A DNA stretch of 64,000 nt from Parcubacteria group bacterium (GCA_041662245.1 JBAZSW010000002.1:11835-75834), one strand, 5' to 3'; counted from the first letter of the stretch, positions 49,321 to 60,669 are shown. Numbers and translations: made by a program. Notes: generated from the letters alone by a model not told the origin.

Positions 49321-50832
49321 ATGCAAAAAGAATTAATGGAAAAATTTAAAGAGGAACTATTAGAAATAAGTTATCTTAGTTCTGCTGTGGCGGTTTTGCA
49401 TTGGGATCAAGAAGTTAATATGCCGAGTAAGGGAAATGATTTGAGAGCAAAGATAATTGGAAGTCTTTCGGGAGAATTGCATAATAAATTTACGTCTGAT
49501 AATTTTGAAAAATTATTATTGGAACTAAGGAAAGAAATGGATGCGGGAAAACTTAGTGATGAAGATAACTGTATTGTGAGAGAATCTTGGCGAGAATTTT
49601 CTAGGGAGAAAAAATTGCCATTGAATTTCGTGAAAGAGCTGGCTGAGACCACTTCGAAAGCACAAATGATTTGGGCCAAGGCAAGGAAGAAAAATGATTT
49701 CAAATTATTTCTTCCTGAACTTAAAAAGATAGTGGCCCTCAAAAGAAAAGAAGCCAAACTGGTGGGATATAAAGATTCGCCTTATAATGCACTTTTGGAC
49801 ATCTATGAGCCTTATGTGGATGTAGAGGAAATTGAAATGATTTTTTCGGAGTTAAAAGATTTCTTAGTGCCCTTTTTAGCTAAAATAAAGAAATCGAAAG
49901 TTAAAATAAATAGCAATACCCTAAAAGGAAATTTTGCAATTGAAAAACAAGTTAAATTTAATGAATTTGTAGCAAAAAAGATTGGATTTGATTTTGAAGC
50001 GGGGAGATTGGATAAAAGCACCCATCCTTTTACGATAGGATTTCATCCTCAAGATGTGCGGATAACAACTCGTTATGACGAAAAAGATTTATTTCATTCG
50101 ATAAATAGTACTATTCATGAAACTGGACACGCTCTTTATGATCAGGGGATTTTGCTGGAGGGTTTTGGGACACCACTGGGGGAATCAATTTCACTAGGAA
50201 TTCATGAGTCTCAATCGAGAATGTGGGAAAATATCATTGGAAAGAGTGAGATTTTTTGGCAATATTTTTATCCAAAAATGCAAAAAGATTTTTCGGAAAG
50301 CTTTGAAAGAATAAAACTTAGCGATTTTTATAAGGCAATAAATATCGTCAGGCCATCTTTAATAAGAACAGAAGCGGATGAGGTGACTTACAATTTGCAT
50401 ATTATTTTGCGTTTTGAAATTGAGAAAGATTTAATTGAGGGGAGTATTGCGGTAGAAGATTTGCCTCAAATATGGAATGATAAATTTAAAGAATATTTTG
50501 GAATAAAAGTTTCTAGCGATGCGATGGGAGTTTTGCAGGATGTGCATTGGTCAGGTGGGATGATTGGGTACTTTCCTACCTATACTTTGGGAAATCTTTA
50601 TTCAGCTCAATTTTTTAACACCGCCAAGAGGGATATCCTAAATTTAGAAAAAGAAATAAAACGAGGTCAATTTGGTCATATTTTGGAATGGTTAAGAAAA
50701 AATATTCATATTCACGGAAAACTTTTTTCAGCTGAGCAATTAGTGGAGAAGGTAACAGGAGAAAAATTGACTAGTAAATATTTTATTGACTATTTAGAAA
50801 AGAAATATTCTAAGATATATGAATTGAAATAA
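49321..50832 (+). CDS. M32 carboxypeptidase (Taq-like)
   Basis: HPF, DVRITTR, HETGHALY, HESQSR, IRTEADE, QDVHW, YFPTY. Confidence 0.95.
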   Translation: MQKELMEKFKEELLEISYLSSAVAVLHWDQEVNMPSKGNDLRAKIIGSLSGELHNKFTSDNFEKLLLELRKEMDAGKLSDEDNCIVRESWREFSREKKLPLNFVKELAETTSKAQMIWAKARKKNDFKLFLPELKKIVALKRKEAKLVGYKDSPYNALLDIYEPYVDVEEIEMIFSELKDFLVPFLAKIKKSKVKINSNTLKGNFAIEKQVKFNEFVAKKIGFDFEAGRLDKSTHPFTIGFHPQDVRITTRYDEKDLFHSINSTIHETGHALYDQGILLEGFGTPLGESISLGIHESQSRMWENIIGKSEIFWQYFYPKMQKDFSESFERIKLSDFYKAINIVRPSLIRTEADEVTYNLHIILRFEIEKDLIEGSIAVEDLPQIWNDKFKEYFGIKVSSDAMGVLQDVHWSGGMIGYFPTYTLGNLYSAQFFNTAKRDILNLEKEIKRGQFGHILEWLRKNIHIHGKLFSAEQLVEKVTGEKLTSKYFIDYLEKKYSKIYELK

Positions 50833-51033
50833 GATGAGATGTCATTTCGCTAGGGAGTTATGTTTAGAGGTTTCTGATACCTATTCTGTTTCTCTTCTTT
50901 GAAGGGGAGGGGAATTAGTTGTGAGGGGCTAGTTACAGGGAATTCTGATTTGACTTTTCTCATTAATCTGCTATAATAATCAAGCTGCTATCAGGTGGGG
51001 CAGTTTTTATTTTTGAATTTTAAATTAATTTTT

Positions 51034-52815
51034 ATGGATATACGAAATATTGCGATTATCGCACATGTGGATCATGGAAAAACTACAATTACTGATGCGA
51101 TTATGAAGCAAACCGGAGCAGCTGGACAAGATGATAGCATGGATAGTAATGCTCTGGAAAAAGAAAGAGGAATTACTATTTATGCCAAAAATACCTCAAT
51201 AATCTACAGAGATACAAAGATTAATATTGTGGATACCCCCGGACATGCTGATTTTGGCAGTGAAGTGGAGAGAGTGTTGCGTGCGATTGATAGCGTGGTT
51301 TTAGTTGTGGATGCCCAAGAAGGTCCAATGCCTCAAACTAGGTTTGTGCTTAAAAAATCATTGGAATTGAGACACAAACCGATGGTAGTGATAAACAAAA
51401 TTGATAAACCAGCGGCCAGATTGGGAGAAGTAGAAGATGAAATCTTTGAATTATTTTTAGAATTGGGGGCAGACGATGAACAATTAGAATTCCCAATTAT
51501 TTATAGTATTGGCAAACAGGGAATTGCCAAAAATAAACCTGAAGATGAATCTGACAGCATGACTCCTCTTCTGGATAAAATATTGGAGCATGTACCGGCT
51601 GCCAAAAATGACACTAGCGTACCACTTCGTTTGCAACCTTTTTCTTTAGCTTATGACGATTATCTGGGGCGATTAGCTGTGGCTAGAATATATGAGGGAG
51701 TTTTAAGGTTGGAGCCGGTTTTCATTAAGTCAAAAGATAAAGAAACCCGAAAAGGAAAAATTATAAAAATGTTTTCTTTTGAGGGAGTAAAAAGAAAGGA
51801 AACTCAGGAAGCTCTAGCGGGGGATATCGTGATGATTGCCGGAATTGATGATATTGATATCGGAGAAACTATTTGTGCTAAAGAAGATGCCCAAGCCTTA
51901 CCAGCGATTACGGTGGATGAGCCAACGATTGCTTTGGAATTTTTAGTAAATAGCTCCCCTTTTGCCGGAAAAGAGGGGGAATTCGTAACCAGAGAGCAAA
52001 TCCGTGAAAGACTAAAAAAAGAATTAGAAATAAATGTAGGACTTAAGGTGGACTTTACCAGTGATAACTTTACTGTTTATGGAAGAGGGGAATTACATGT
52101 GGCAGTCTTACTGGAAAATATGCGTCGAGAAGGTTTTGAAGTACAAGTTTCTCAACCGAGAGTAATCATTAAAGAAGTAGATGGTGCGAAGATGGAGCCA
52201 TTTGAAGAATTAACTGTAACTGTACCCAGTGAATTTTCGGGTGCAATTATTGAAAAATTGGGAAAAAGAAAGGGAATCATGATCGATATGAAACAAGCTC
52301 CAGATGGAACTAGAATGTTATTTGAGATTCCTACTCGTGGAGCATTGGGCTACAGAAGTGAATTTATCGTAGATACAAAAGGAGAAGGAATTTTGTCTAG
52401 TCGTTTTTTGGAATTTCGTCCTTATGTGGGAGAAATCAAAAAACGGGCAGTGGGTTCGATGATTTCAGGAGAAACCGGAAAAGCTCTCGGGTTTTCATTA
52501 TTTAATTTGCAACAAAGAGGTTCACTATATGTAAATGCTAGTCAAGAAGTTTATACGGGGCAAGTTATCGGGAATACTTCCAAAGGAGATGAGATGACAG
52601 TTAATCCGATTAAAGGAAAACATCTGACCAATATGAGAGCTAGTGGAAGTGATGATGCCATTACTTTGGTTCCGCCGATTGAAATTACCATTGAAAAAGG
52701 TTTGGAAATTATGGCAGGGGATGAATATCTGGAAGTCACACCCAAGAGTGTAAGGCTACGAAAACAATTCTTAACAGAAGCAGACAGAGTGAGAGCGAGC
52801 AGGAAGAGTAAGTAA
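51034..52815 (+). CDS. typA: translational GTPase TypA/BipA
   Basis: [39 protein letters not shown]. Confidence 0.96.
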   Translation: MDIRNIAIIAHVDHGKTTITDAIMKQTGAAGQDDSMDSNALEKERGITIYAKNTSIIYRDTKINIVDTPGHADFGSEVERVLRAIDSVVLVVDAQEGPMPQTRFVLKKSLELRHKPMVVINKIDKPAARLGEVEDEIFELFLELGADDEQLEFPIIYSIGKQGIAKNKPEDESDSMTPLLDKILEHVPAAKNDTSVPLRLQPFSLAYDDYLGRLAVARIYEGVLRLEPVFIKSKDKETRKGKIIKMFSFEGVKRKETQEALAGDIVMIAGIDDIDIGETICAKEDAQALPAITVDEPTIALEFLVNSSPFAGKEGEFVTREQIRERLKKELEINVGLKVDFTSDNFTVYGRGELHVAVLLENMRREGFEVQVSQPRVIIKEVDGAKMEPFEELTVTVPSEFSGAIIEKLGKRKGIMIDMKQAPDGTRMLFEIPTRGALGYRSEFIVDTKGEGILSSRFLEFRPYVGEIKKRAVGSMISGETGKALGFSLFNLQQRGSLYVNASQEVYTGQVIGNTSKGDEMTVNPIKGKHLTNMRASGSDDAITLVPPIEITIEKGLEIMAGDEYLEVTPKSVRLRKQFLTEADRVRASRKSK

Positions 52816-52920
52816 GAATGAAGAATTAAGAATCTGGGAATATGGGAATTTGAGAATTTAGGATTGTTGAGGATGTTATAATTGTTCAAACTGTTGTAGA
52901 TGATAAAAGATTTACGAATA

Positions 52921-52950
52921 AAAAAGTATATACTTAGGTATATACTTTTT
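52921..52950. terminator. AT-rich palindrome, possible terminator after typA
   Basis: AAAAAGTATATAC-TTAG-GTATATACTTTTT. Confidence 0.5.
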
Positions 52951-53153
52951 TGATTTTAATGACAAATATCCAATGTCAAATGCCAAATAAATTTTTAATA
53001 ATTAAATTTTAAAATTAAAAGGTGTCACTTTTGTCCACGTGCGACTGAATGGACACTAATTTCTTTGGGGCGAGTTGTTGCTTGGATGGTTTGAAAATAT
53101 CATAAAAAAGTGTATTATTGAATTGTAATATATTAAATTTAATAGTAAAAAAT

Positions 53154-54575
53154 ATGAAGATAAATCCATATATTTTTCGTGGCTATGATTTAAGAGGAGT
53201 TGTTGATAAAGATCTTAATGTTGAAATAGTTGAGCATATCGGAAAAGCATTCGGGACATATCTAAAAAGAGAGGGTATCACTAGGGCTCTGATTTCCTAT
53301 GATTGTAGATTCACTAGTAAGGATTATAGCGAAGCGATGATCAGGGGCTTAACTTGGGCAGGTACGGATGTAGTTAATATAGGAATGAACTTGGTGGGCA
53401 CTTTTTATTGGGCTCAATATCATTTAGATTGTAAAGGCGGAGTTTTCGTAACAGCCTCGCATAATCCTGCTGAATATAACGGGTTTAAATTTGCCAATGA
53501 TTTTTCGGAAACTCTTGTAAGTGAGGGGATGCAAGAACTCAGAAGAATGACCGAAGAAGATGACTGCGAAAAAGGTGAAACGGTTGGAAAAGTAGAAAAT
53601 ATTGATATTCGGAAAGAATATTTAACAGATATTTCTAATCGGTTGCCTCTTTCGGGAAAGTTTAAAGTAGTAGTCGATCCAAGTTGTTCGACATCGGGAG
53701 TTATTATCCCAGATTTTCTAAGGGCGGTTGGTTGTGAGGTTATTGAAAAAAATTGTGAAATTGACCCTAGCTTTCCAATGGGAACTCCTGATCCGACAGA
53801 ATCAGCAGTAGCGGAAAGATTAAAAAATGAAGTGCTAGAAGTAGGAGCGGATATTGGATTCTCTTATGATCCAGATGGTGATAGAATCGGGATCGTTAGC
53901 GATAAAGGAGAAATAATTTGGAATGATGTTTTAGTGGCTATTTTTGCTATCGATGTTCTTTATGCTCATCCTGGAGAAAAAATAATGTTTAATACTCTCT
54001 GCTCAAAAGTCGTCCCAGAAACGATAACAAAATATGGAGGAGAGCCTTTTATGTGGAGAACAGGGCATTCCTTTTTAAAAAAGAAAAACCAAGAAATCAA
54101 AGCGGCTTTTATTGGAGAGTTATCTGGCCATTTTTTCTTTTCAACTGATTATTACAATCATGATGATGGATTTTATTCTACAATGAGGTTACTTTCTTAT
54201 CTGTCTAGAACAAACAAAAAAATGTCCCAAGCAATTGAAGATTTGCCAAAATATTTTTCAAGTCCAGAAATAAAAGTGGGTTGTGCTGATGATAAAAAGG
54301 TGGCTCTGATAGATAAAGTCAGTGAAGTGTTGAGTAAGGATTATCCTGACGCACAAGTTATTAATGATGAACGGGCAGGAGATGGAGTCAGATTGGACAT
54401 GGAAGATTCAATGTTTATAGTCAGATATTCTCAAAACGGTCCTTATTTAACTATAAAATTTGAAGCTAACAATCGAGATAAATATAATCAATTGAAAGAA
54501 TATATAAATAAATTGTTACATGAATACGAAGAAATCGATTGGAGCTATGGAGTTAATGTAGAAAGTTTAGCATGA
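53154..54575 (+). CDS. phosphomannomutase/phosphoglucomutase
   Basis: FRGYDLRG, TASHNP, DPDGDR, GELSGH. Confidence 0.93.
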   Translation: MKINPYIFRGYDLRGVVDKDLNVEIVEHIGKAFGTYLKREGITRALISYDCRFTSKDYSEAMIRGLTWAGTDVVNIGMNLVGTFYWAQYHLDCKGGVFVTASHNPAEYNGFKFANDFSETLVSEGMQELRRMTEEDDCEKGETVGKVENIDIRKEYLTDISNRLPLSGKFKVVVDPSCSTSGVIIPDFLRAVGCEVIEKNCEIDPSFPMGTPDPTESAVAERLKNEVLEVGADIGFSYDPDGDRIGIVSDKGEIIWNDVLVAIFAIDVLYAHPGEKIMFNTLCSKVVPETITKYGGEPFMWRTGHSFLKKKNQEIKAAFIGELSGHFFFSTDYYNHDDGFYSTMRLLSYLSRTNKKMSQAIEDLPKYFSSPEIKVGCADDKKVALIDKVSEVLSKDYPDAQVINDERAGDGVRLDMEDSMFIVRYSQNGPYLTIKFEANNRDKYNQLKEYINKLLHEYEEIDWSYGVNVESLA

Positions 54576-54674
54576 TATTCTTGAGGTATAAATTTGAATA
54601 GAAAACTGCTAGTTTATTTGGCAGTTTTTTTGTTTTGTTTTTTGGGTTATGTAATATATAATTAAAGAAATAGA

Positions 54675-54823
54675 GAACTGGTAGCGAGTAGAGAATTTAT
54701 TTCCCAAAAAAGTTTCTTTTTCCCCGGCTTTTCGTTTCACACAGTAGCTACAAAAAAGAATCCTTTTTCGGTAAATAAATTCAACGTTATAGTATTGAAA
54801 TAGTTTTTACTCGATACCGCTTA
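54675..54823 (+). mobile_element. 149-bp MITE-like structured element, copy 2
   Basis: Identical copy; 3-bp flanking duplication AGA/AGA. Confidence 0.88.
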
Positions 54824-54834
54824 AGAAAGAATCA

Positions 54835-54963
54835 ATTTTCTTCTCCTCATCCCCTTTGAAGGGGAGGTGTCCGAAAGGCGGAGGGGTTGGAAATCTAAAA
54901 AGAAACCCCCTCTGTCCTAACGGACATCTCCCCCTTTGGGTACAAAGATGGAGAGGGGAAAGT
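54835..54963. repeat. GC-rich REP-like multi-hairpin element
   Basis: GGGGAGGTGTCCG...GGCGGAGGGG pairs with CCCCCTCTGTCC...CGGACATCTCCCC; outer stem TTTTCTTCTC/GAGAGGGGAAAAG. Confidence 0.75.
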
Positions 54964-54985
54964 TTTATTTTTAAAAAATAAAAAA

Positions 54986-57058
54986 ATGAAAAAAAATTTA
55001 GAAAAACTTTTTAATCCAACTACTGTGGCGATCGTGGGTTCTTCAGACAGAGAAGGAAGCGTGGGTTATGCTATTGTTAAAAACCTTTTAAATTTGGGTT
55101 ATGCAGGAGAAGTATTTTTAGTTAATCCTAAATATACAGAACTTTTAGGCAAAAAATGTTATGCTTCTTTAAATGATGTGGAAAAAGAAATTGATTTAGC
55201 TATTATTGTTATTCCTGCAACTTTTGTGAATGAGACAATCAAATTGGCAGAGAGGGTAAAGAACTTCATCGTTATTTCAGCGGGTTTTTCGGAAATTGGA
55301 AAAGATGGAAGAACGAAGGAGTTTGAGTTAGCAAAACTTGCGCGAGATAAGGGGGTGAATATTTTGGGACCAAATTGTTTGGGATTTATCTCACCAAAAA
55401 TAAAATTGAATGCTTCTTTTGCGAGCGGTCTTCCGGAGAGTGGAGGAGTTTCTCTAATTTCTCAATCAGGAGCTTTGGTAGTAGCGATGTTGGATATGGC
55501 CAAGGAGAAACAAATTAAATTTTCTCAAATAATTTCCGTAGGCAACAAGATGCAATTAGATGAAATAGAGTTGATAGAGTATCTAGCTAGTGATGAAGAG
55601 ACAAAGGTAATTGCTCTTTATCTAGAAGGGATTAGAGATGGTCAGAAATTCATCGAAGTAGTAAAAAAAGTTTCTCAAAAAAAACCAGTTATCATCCTTA
55701 AGGCAGGCAGGAGCGAAAAAGCACAAAAAGCTATTGCCTCTCATACGGGTTCTCTCGCGGGAAGCGATGAAATAATGAATGTGGCCTTTGAAAAAGCAGG
55801 AGCTGTCAGAGCAGAAAGTTTGGAAGATTTTTTTGTATTGATAACATTGATGTCTAATTTTAAAAATTCTGTTAGCAAGGATTGTATAATTATCACTAAC
55901 GCGGGTGGCCCTGGAGTGTTGGCTACAGATGCATTTGCAAATAAAAATATAAAGTTAAAAGAATTTTCAGAAAAAACCAAGGAAAAATTAAGAAGTTTTT
56001 TACCTAGTGAATCTTCAGTGGAAAATCCCATTGATTTATTGGGTGACGCGGGAATAGAAAGATATCAAAAAACATTGGAGTTGCTAGAAGAGGAAGATGC
56101 GGGTAATATAATCTGTTTAATGACTGCTCAAGATCAGACTCCCACTAAAGAAATTTCTCAAATTATCGTAGATTTTAGTAAAAAAACCAAAAAGAATATT
56201 TTGCCAGTTTTTATTGGAGGAGAAAAAATGAAAGACGCGATTGCTTTACTAAAAAATAATAATATTCCTAATTTTGACTTTCCTAAAGAAATATTGGATG
56301 CTTTAAATAAAATGTTAGGAAGTAAGAAAAATGAAGATATTCTTCCTGCTAAAATTAAAAAAAATGAATCTTTGCTCAAAAAATTGTTTGGTTCTAAAAA
56401 GGAAAGCATTATAGAAAAAGCTACAAGTAAAAATAGGAAAGCCCTTTTATTTGGTGAGGCAGGGGAGCTGATGAAACAATATTCTATTCCTGTAGTGGAC
56501 TTTTTGAATCTTTCTCCCGAGGGAAAAATCGACAGTAGTCGAGTTAATTTTCCGGTAGTTTTAAAAGTGGATAGCGAAGATGTTCTCCATAAGACCGAGA
56601 AGAAAGGCTTGATATTAGGAATTGGTGATGCGATTGAGTTAGAAAATAACATTTTGGAGATGAGAAATAATTTTCCTAGAGAAAATTTGATTATTCAGCC
56701 GATGGTGAGTTATGAAACGGAATTGATTTTGGGATTAAAAAGGGATTTAGTTTTCGGTCCTGTAATAGTTTTTGGTTTGGGAGGAATTTATACGGAAGTT
56801 TTTAAGATGGTGGATTTTTTGATTTTACCTTTAAGCAAAAATGAAATAGAAAAAAGAGTAATAGAAAGCAAAATAGGATTTTTATTTAAAGAAACTAGAG
56901 GAAAGAAAGCGGGAGATATCGATGAATTTGTAAATTTGATTTTTAATTTTGCGAGCTTGGCGGAAACCGAAGAAAAAATAAAGGAAATTGATATCAATCC
57001 GCTTTTAATAACTAAAGAGGGAAGATTGAAGGCGGTAGATGTGAAAATAATACTTTAA
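54986..57058 (+). CDS. acetate--CoA ligase (ADP-forming), fused alpha/beta
   Basis: GPNCLG, SQSG, SHTGSLAG phospho-His, TNAGGPG, NPIDL.GD, HKTE, FGPV..FG.GG, DINP. Confidence 0.9.
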   Translation: MKKNLEKLFNPTTVAIVGSSDREGSVGYAIVKNLLNLGYAGEVFLVNPKYTELLGKKCYASLNDVEKEIDLAIIVIPATFVNETIKLAERVKNFIVISAGFSEIGKDGRTKEFELAKLARDKGVNILGPNCLGFISPKIKLNASFASGLPESGGVSLISQSGALVVAMLDMAKEKQIKFSQIISVGNKMQLDEIELIEYLASDEETKVIALYLEGIRDGQKFIEVVKKVSQKKPVIILKAGRSEKAQKAIASHTGSLAGSDEIMNVAFEKAGAVRAESLEDFFVLITLMSNFKNSVSKDCIIITNAGGPGVLATDAFANKNIKLKEFSEKTKEKLRSFLPSESSVENPIDLLGDAGIERYQKTLELLEEEDAGNIICLMTAQDQTPTKEISQIIVDFSKKTKKNILPVFIGGEKMKDAIALLKNNNIPNFDFPKEILDALNKMLGSKKNEDILPAKIKKNESLLKKLFGSKKESIIEKATSKNRKALLFGEAGELMKQYSIPVVDFLNLSPEGKIDSSRVNFPVVLKVDSEDVLHKTEKKGLILGIGDAIELENNILEMRNNFPRENLIIQPMVSYETELILGLKRDLVFGPVIVFGLGGIYTEVFKMVDFLILPLSKNEIEKRVIESKIGFLFKETRGKKAGDIDEFVNLIFNFASLAETEEKIKEIDINPLLITKEGRLKAVDVKIIL

Positions 57059-57161
57059 TGAAATTTCAAATTTCAAATATCCAATTTCAAATAATAAAAT
57101 ATTGGATATAATATTTTCTCGAGAAGATAGATTGTGGTGAAATTTGCAATTTAAAATATAT

Positions 57162-58886
57162 ATGATTTGGAAATTAAAGGAAAATGATATTGAGATTTTT
57201 GAGAATGATTCATCGGAAGATGAATCATTGTCTTTGCATCCCAAAGTGCTGAAATTACTTAGACAAAGAGGGATAAAAACCGCTAGTGAAATTAAAAAGT
57301 TTATGTTTCCTAATTACGATAATGATATCTTGGATCCATTCCTTTTCAAAGATATGAAAGTGGCGATGATCCGATTGGAAATAGCTAAAAAAAATAAGGA
57401 AAAAATTTTAATTTTTGGGGACTATGACGCAGATGGAATTACTTCGGCTTTGATTTTAAAAATTGCTTTAGAAGATGTGGGCTTTAAAATTAAGGTATAT
57501 ATTCCCAATAAAGAAGAAGGCTATGGACTCAGTGATGAAGTGTTGAGGGATTTTGCTAAAAAGGGAGTAACTTTAATAGTAACTACTGATTGTGGAATTG
57601 CCAATAAAGATGAGGTAGCGGGAGCTAAAAAAATTGGAATAGATGTAATTATAACCGATCATCATCATATTCCACCCGAAATCCCTCAAGCGGTGGCGGT
57701 GATAAATCCTAAAATAAAAAAGTGCGGTTATCCTGAAGAAAATTTAGCAGGGGTGGGAGTGGCTTTTAAATTTGTCCAAGCAATTTATGAAACTTTTTTG
57801 CCAGAAAAAAAAGAAACAATCAAATGGATGTTGGATCTAGTAGCGATTGGAACGATTGCCGATATGGTTCCACTCACGGGAGAAAACAGAACGATGGCTA
57901 AATTTGGATTGTTAGTTTTGTCAAAAACTCGTCGAGTTGGATTGCAAGAAATGTTTAAAGTGGGAAGGATTTTAATTGATGAAAATAACTTTCCCGATGC
58001 ACAGAAGATTTCTTTTCAAATTGCGCCAAGAATTAATGCAGCTAGTAGGATGACTCATGCCGAGAGAGCTTTTTTTCTTTTAGCAGAAGAAGATCGAATA
58101 AAAGCCAGAGATATGGCGTTGGATATCGAAGAACAAAATACACGAAGACAAAAGGAAACTACTCAAATAGTAAGTGAAGCGGAAAAAATTATTAAGAATA
58201 CTTTTAAAGATAAAAACTTTATACTTTTAGATAATCCTAATTTTCCGGTAGGAACATTGGGCTTGGTAGCGGGAAAATTAACTGATAAATTTAAGCGACC
58301 GGTCGCAATTTTAAAAAAGGGAAAAACGGAAAGCAAGGGATCATTTCGCAGCATTCCGCAAATAGATATCATTGAATCGATAGAAGCTTGTAGCGAGTTG
58401 TTGCTTAAATACGGAGGGCATCGTCAAGCGGCAGGCATTTCTATAAAGAATGAAAATTTAGAAAAATTCTATGAGAAAATGGATAAAATTATCAACAAAA
58501 AATTGAAAGGGATAGATTTATCTCCAGAAATAAAAGTAGACGTAGAATTATCTGCAGAAGATATAGGGATAGAGTTAATTGAAGATTTGAAGAGAATGGA
58601 GCCTTTTGGACAGGGAAATTTAATGCCGGTTTTCATGATGAAAAATTTAATAATTCAAGATTTAAAATGGGTAGGCAATGGCGAAAAACACTTAAAGTTA
58701 TTTGTTCGAAGCAAGGATGGCAGTCCTAAAATTTTTGAAGCAATTGGATTTAATTTGAGTGAACGTTTTGGCGAATTAAAAACGGGAGACAAAATAAATT
58801 TACTTTTTAATCTTGAGCAAGACGAATGGAATGGAAATAAAAAAATTCAGATGAAAATTATAGATTTGAAGAGTGATAGACAATGA
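57162..58886 (+). CDS. recJ: single-stranded-DNA exonuclease RecJ
   Basis: GDYDADG, DCG, TDHH, GTIADMVPL, PRINA, GGH..AAG, EPFG. Confidence 0.96.
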   Translation: MIWKLKENDIEIFENDSSEDESLSLHPKVLKLLRQRGIKTASEIKKFMFPNYDNDILDPFLFKDMKVAMIRLEIAKKNKEKILIFGDYDADGITSALILKIALEDVGFKIKVYIPNKEEGYGLSDEVLRDFAKKGVTLIVTTDCGIANKDEVAGAKKIGIDVIITDHHHIPPEIPQAVAVINPKIKKCGYPEENLAGVGVAFKFVQAIYETFLPEKKETIKWMLDLVAIGTIADMVPLTGENRTMAKFGLLVLSKTRRVGLQEMFKVGRILIDENNFPDAQKISFQIAPRINAASRMTHAERAFFLLAEEDRIKARDMALDIEEQNTRRQKETTQIVSEAEKIIKNTFKDKNFILLDNPNFPVGTLGLVAGKLTDKFKRPVAILKKGKTESKGSFRSIPQIDIIESIEACSELLLKYGGHRQAAGISIKNENLEKFYEKMDKIINKKLKGIDLSPEIKVDVELSAEDIGIELIEDLKRMEPFGQGNLMPVFMMKNLIIQDLKWVGNGEKHLKLFVRSKDGSPKIFEAIGFNLSERFGELKTGDKINLLFNLEQDEWNGNKKIQMKIIDLKSDRQ

Positions 58887-59014
58887 ATAACGGGTAGCAA
58901 CCGGATATATTTAGGATTGATAAAATAGCGATTGTTTTATAAAATTAATTTTTGTGTTAAAATGTACATTGATATAGTCAATTAAAGTCAATCCCTCTAG
59001 GGTCTTTATTCGGC

Positions 59015-59106
59015 TAGCTTAATAGTTTTTTAGCATCTTCAATTGTTTAATTTAAATTTCTATAAAATAAGCAATCAAGTGGCTTAAAATAATAACCATT
59101 AAGCTA
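59015..59106 (+). repeat. ~92-bp element with terminal inverted repeats, containing copy 2 of the 34-bp repeat
   Basis: TAGCTTAATAGTT ... AACCATTAAGCTA; 59073-59106 matches 5349-5382. Confidence 0.65.
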
Positions 59107-59162
59107 TATGTCGTGAATTAATTTAAATGAGCTGATAATGATTGAAAATAGTCAATTTTCAA

Positions 59163-60479
59163 ATGATAAAAAATAAAACAACAATTGCAATAGGAATAAT
59201 ATTCTTTTTAGCAACTCTAAATCTGTTTGGGGGCGGTTTTGGGGTTGATAAAGCTTTAGCCGTGGATTGTAGTGCTCTGACTGGTGATGAACAGACCTCT
59301 TGTGAAGAAGAGAAGGACGACATCAAAGATGATATCAACGACTTGCAAAAGAAATTAGACAAAAAAAATGCAGAAAAGGCTCTATTGGAACAAAATTTGG
59401 GAAAAGTTCAAGGAGCGGTTTATGTAACCCAAAAGGTTATTAATGATACGCAAGCACAGATAGACGCAGTTGAAAAAAGCATCAAGGATAAAGAATCAAA
59501 CTTAGTAAGTTTGGAGGAAAGCAAAGAAAGGAAAAAAGAAGCACTTAAAAAAATGATTCAAGAAAATTATTTAGATTCTGATCAGCCATTTATATTTATT
59601 TTTCTAAACAAAGATAATTTTTTGGAGGCGGTAACAAGCGTGGATAATTTATTACGAGTAAAAGAGGAAGTGCTGGCGTTAATGGGTGATATAAAAAATG
59701 ATAAAGAAAGTATTAAAACGGAAGCTCAACAGTTAGATGTTTCAAGGAAAGAAAAAGAATCTTTGCTAGTTACCAAAGAAAAACAAAAGTTAGCATTGGA
59801 AAATCAGGCGGATGGAATTCAGGAAGATGTTGATCAGGCTATGGAAAGCATTGCCAGTTTACAAGAAAAATTATCTGAATTAAAAAGTGATTTAAATAAA
59901 TTATTAGGGAAAAGTTATAATACTAATGATGTTAAAGAGGCAATAAAATTTGCAGCTAAGCAAACAGGGGTAAGAAAAGGATTTCTTTTTGGGATGTTAT
60001 CTATCGAATCAAGACTGGGAGCCTCAGTGGGAGGATGTGATTATAAGCAAAGTCGGATGAGTGCCACGCGATTGGCAATATTTAAAGATATTTGTGATAA
60101 GCTAGATTACAATTATAAAAAGCAAAAAGTTTCTTGTCCACCATCTAGTTATAAGGGCACAGGAGGGGCAATGGGGGCGGCACAGTTTATGTCAGATACT
60201 TGGAGGGGTTATCAATCAAAAATCGCTTCTGCAACAGGACATAACCCTGCCGATCCATGGAATCTAGTTGATGGTGTGACTGCTATGGCTTTAAAATTGG
60301 CAAACGATGGAGCCACTAAGAGTGGAAAAACGACCATTACTAGTCCTTGTACGGGAAAGAAGATCTCAATTAAATGGGAAGAATATGCTTCATTAAAATA
60401 TTTAGGATGGAGTTGTTATGGACTGACTAATTATGCTAAAAGAGTTCAGGCTTTGTCGGGAAATTATGACCAACTTTAG
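59163..60479 (+). CDS. secreted coiled-coil protein with C-terminal lytic transglycosylase domain
   Basis: Signal peptide, PcsB/CwlO-like coiled coil, IES catalytic Glu, GAMGAAQFM..TW, DPW. Confidence 0.82.
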   Translation: MIKNKTTIAIGIIFFLATLNLFGGGFGVDKALAVDCSALTGDEQTSCEEEKDDIKDDINDLQKKLDKKNAEKALLEQNLGKVQGAVYVTQKVINDTQAQIDAVEKSIKDKESNLVSLEESKERKKEALKKMIQENYLDSDQPFIFIFLNKDNFLEAVTSVDNLLRVKEEVLALMGDIKNDKESIKTEAQQLDVSRKEKESLLVTKEKQKLALENQADGIQEDVDQAMESIASLQEKLSELKSDLNKLLGKSYNTNDVKEAIKFAAKQTGVRKGFLFGMLSIESRLGASVGGCDYKQSRMSATRLAIFKDICDKLDYNYKKQKVSCPPSSYKGTGGAMGAAQFMSDTWRGYQSKIASATGHNPADPWNLVDGVTAMALKLANDGATKSGKTTITSPCTGKKISIKWEEYASLKYLGWSCYGLTNYAKRVQALSGNYDQL

Positions 60480-60669
60480 AAATATTAAAATTTTTAAATT
60501 TTATTATTCCTAAAGAAACAAATTTCAAATCAATTTTAAATGTGAGACTGTGTCAATATATTTTTTGTGAGTTTGAAATTTGTTTGTGTCTTGTGGCTTG
60601 GAATTTATGATTTTAAAGTAGTTTTTTGGTTTGCTTTGTGTTTATTTATGTGCTAAACTCTATAAGTAT

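Noticed and set aside
677-59362. Many short antisense or nested ORFs in the track (e.g. 4056-4319, 32285-32719, 41925-42362, 56158-56652)
   Set aside because: They are shadows of well-supported genes with no recognisable motifs.
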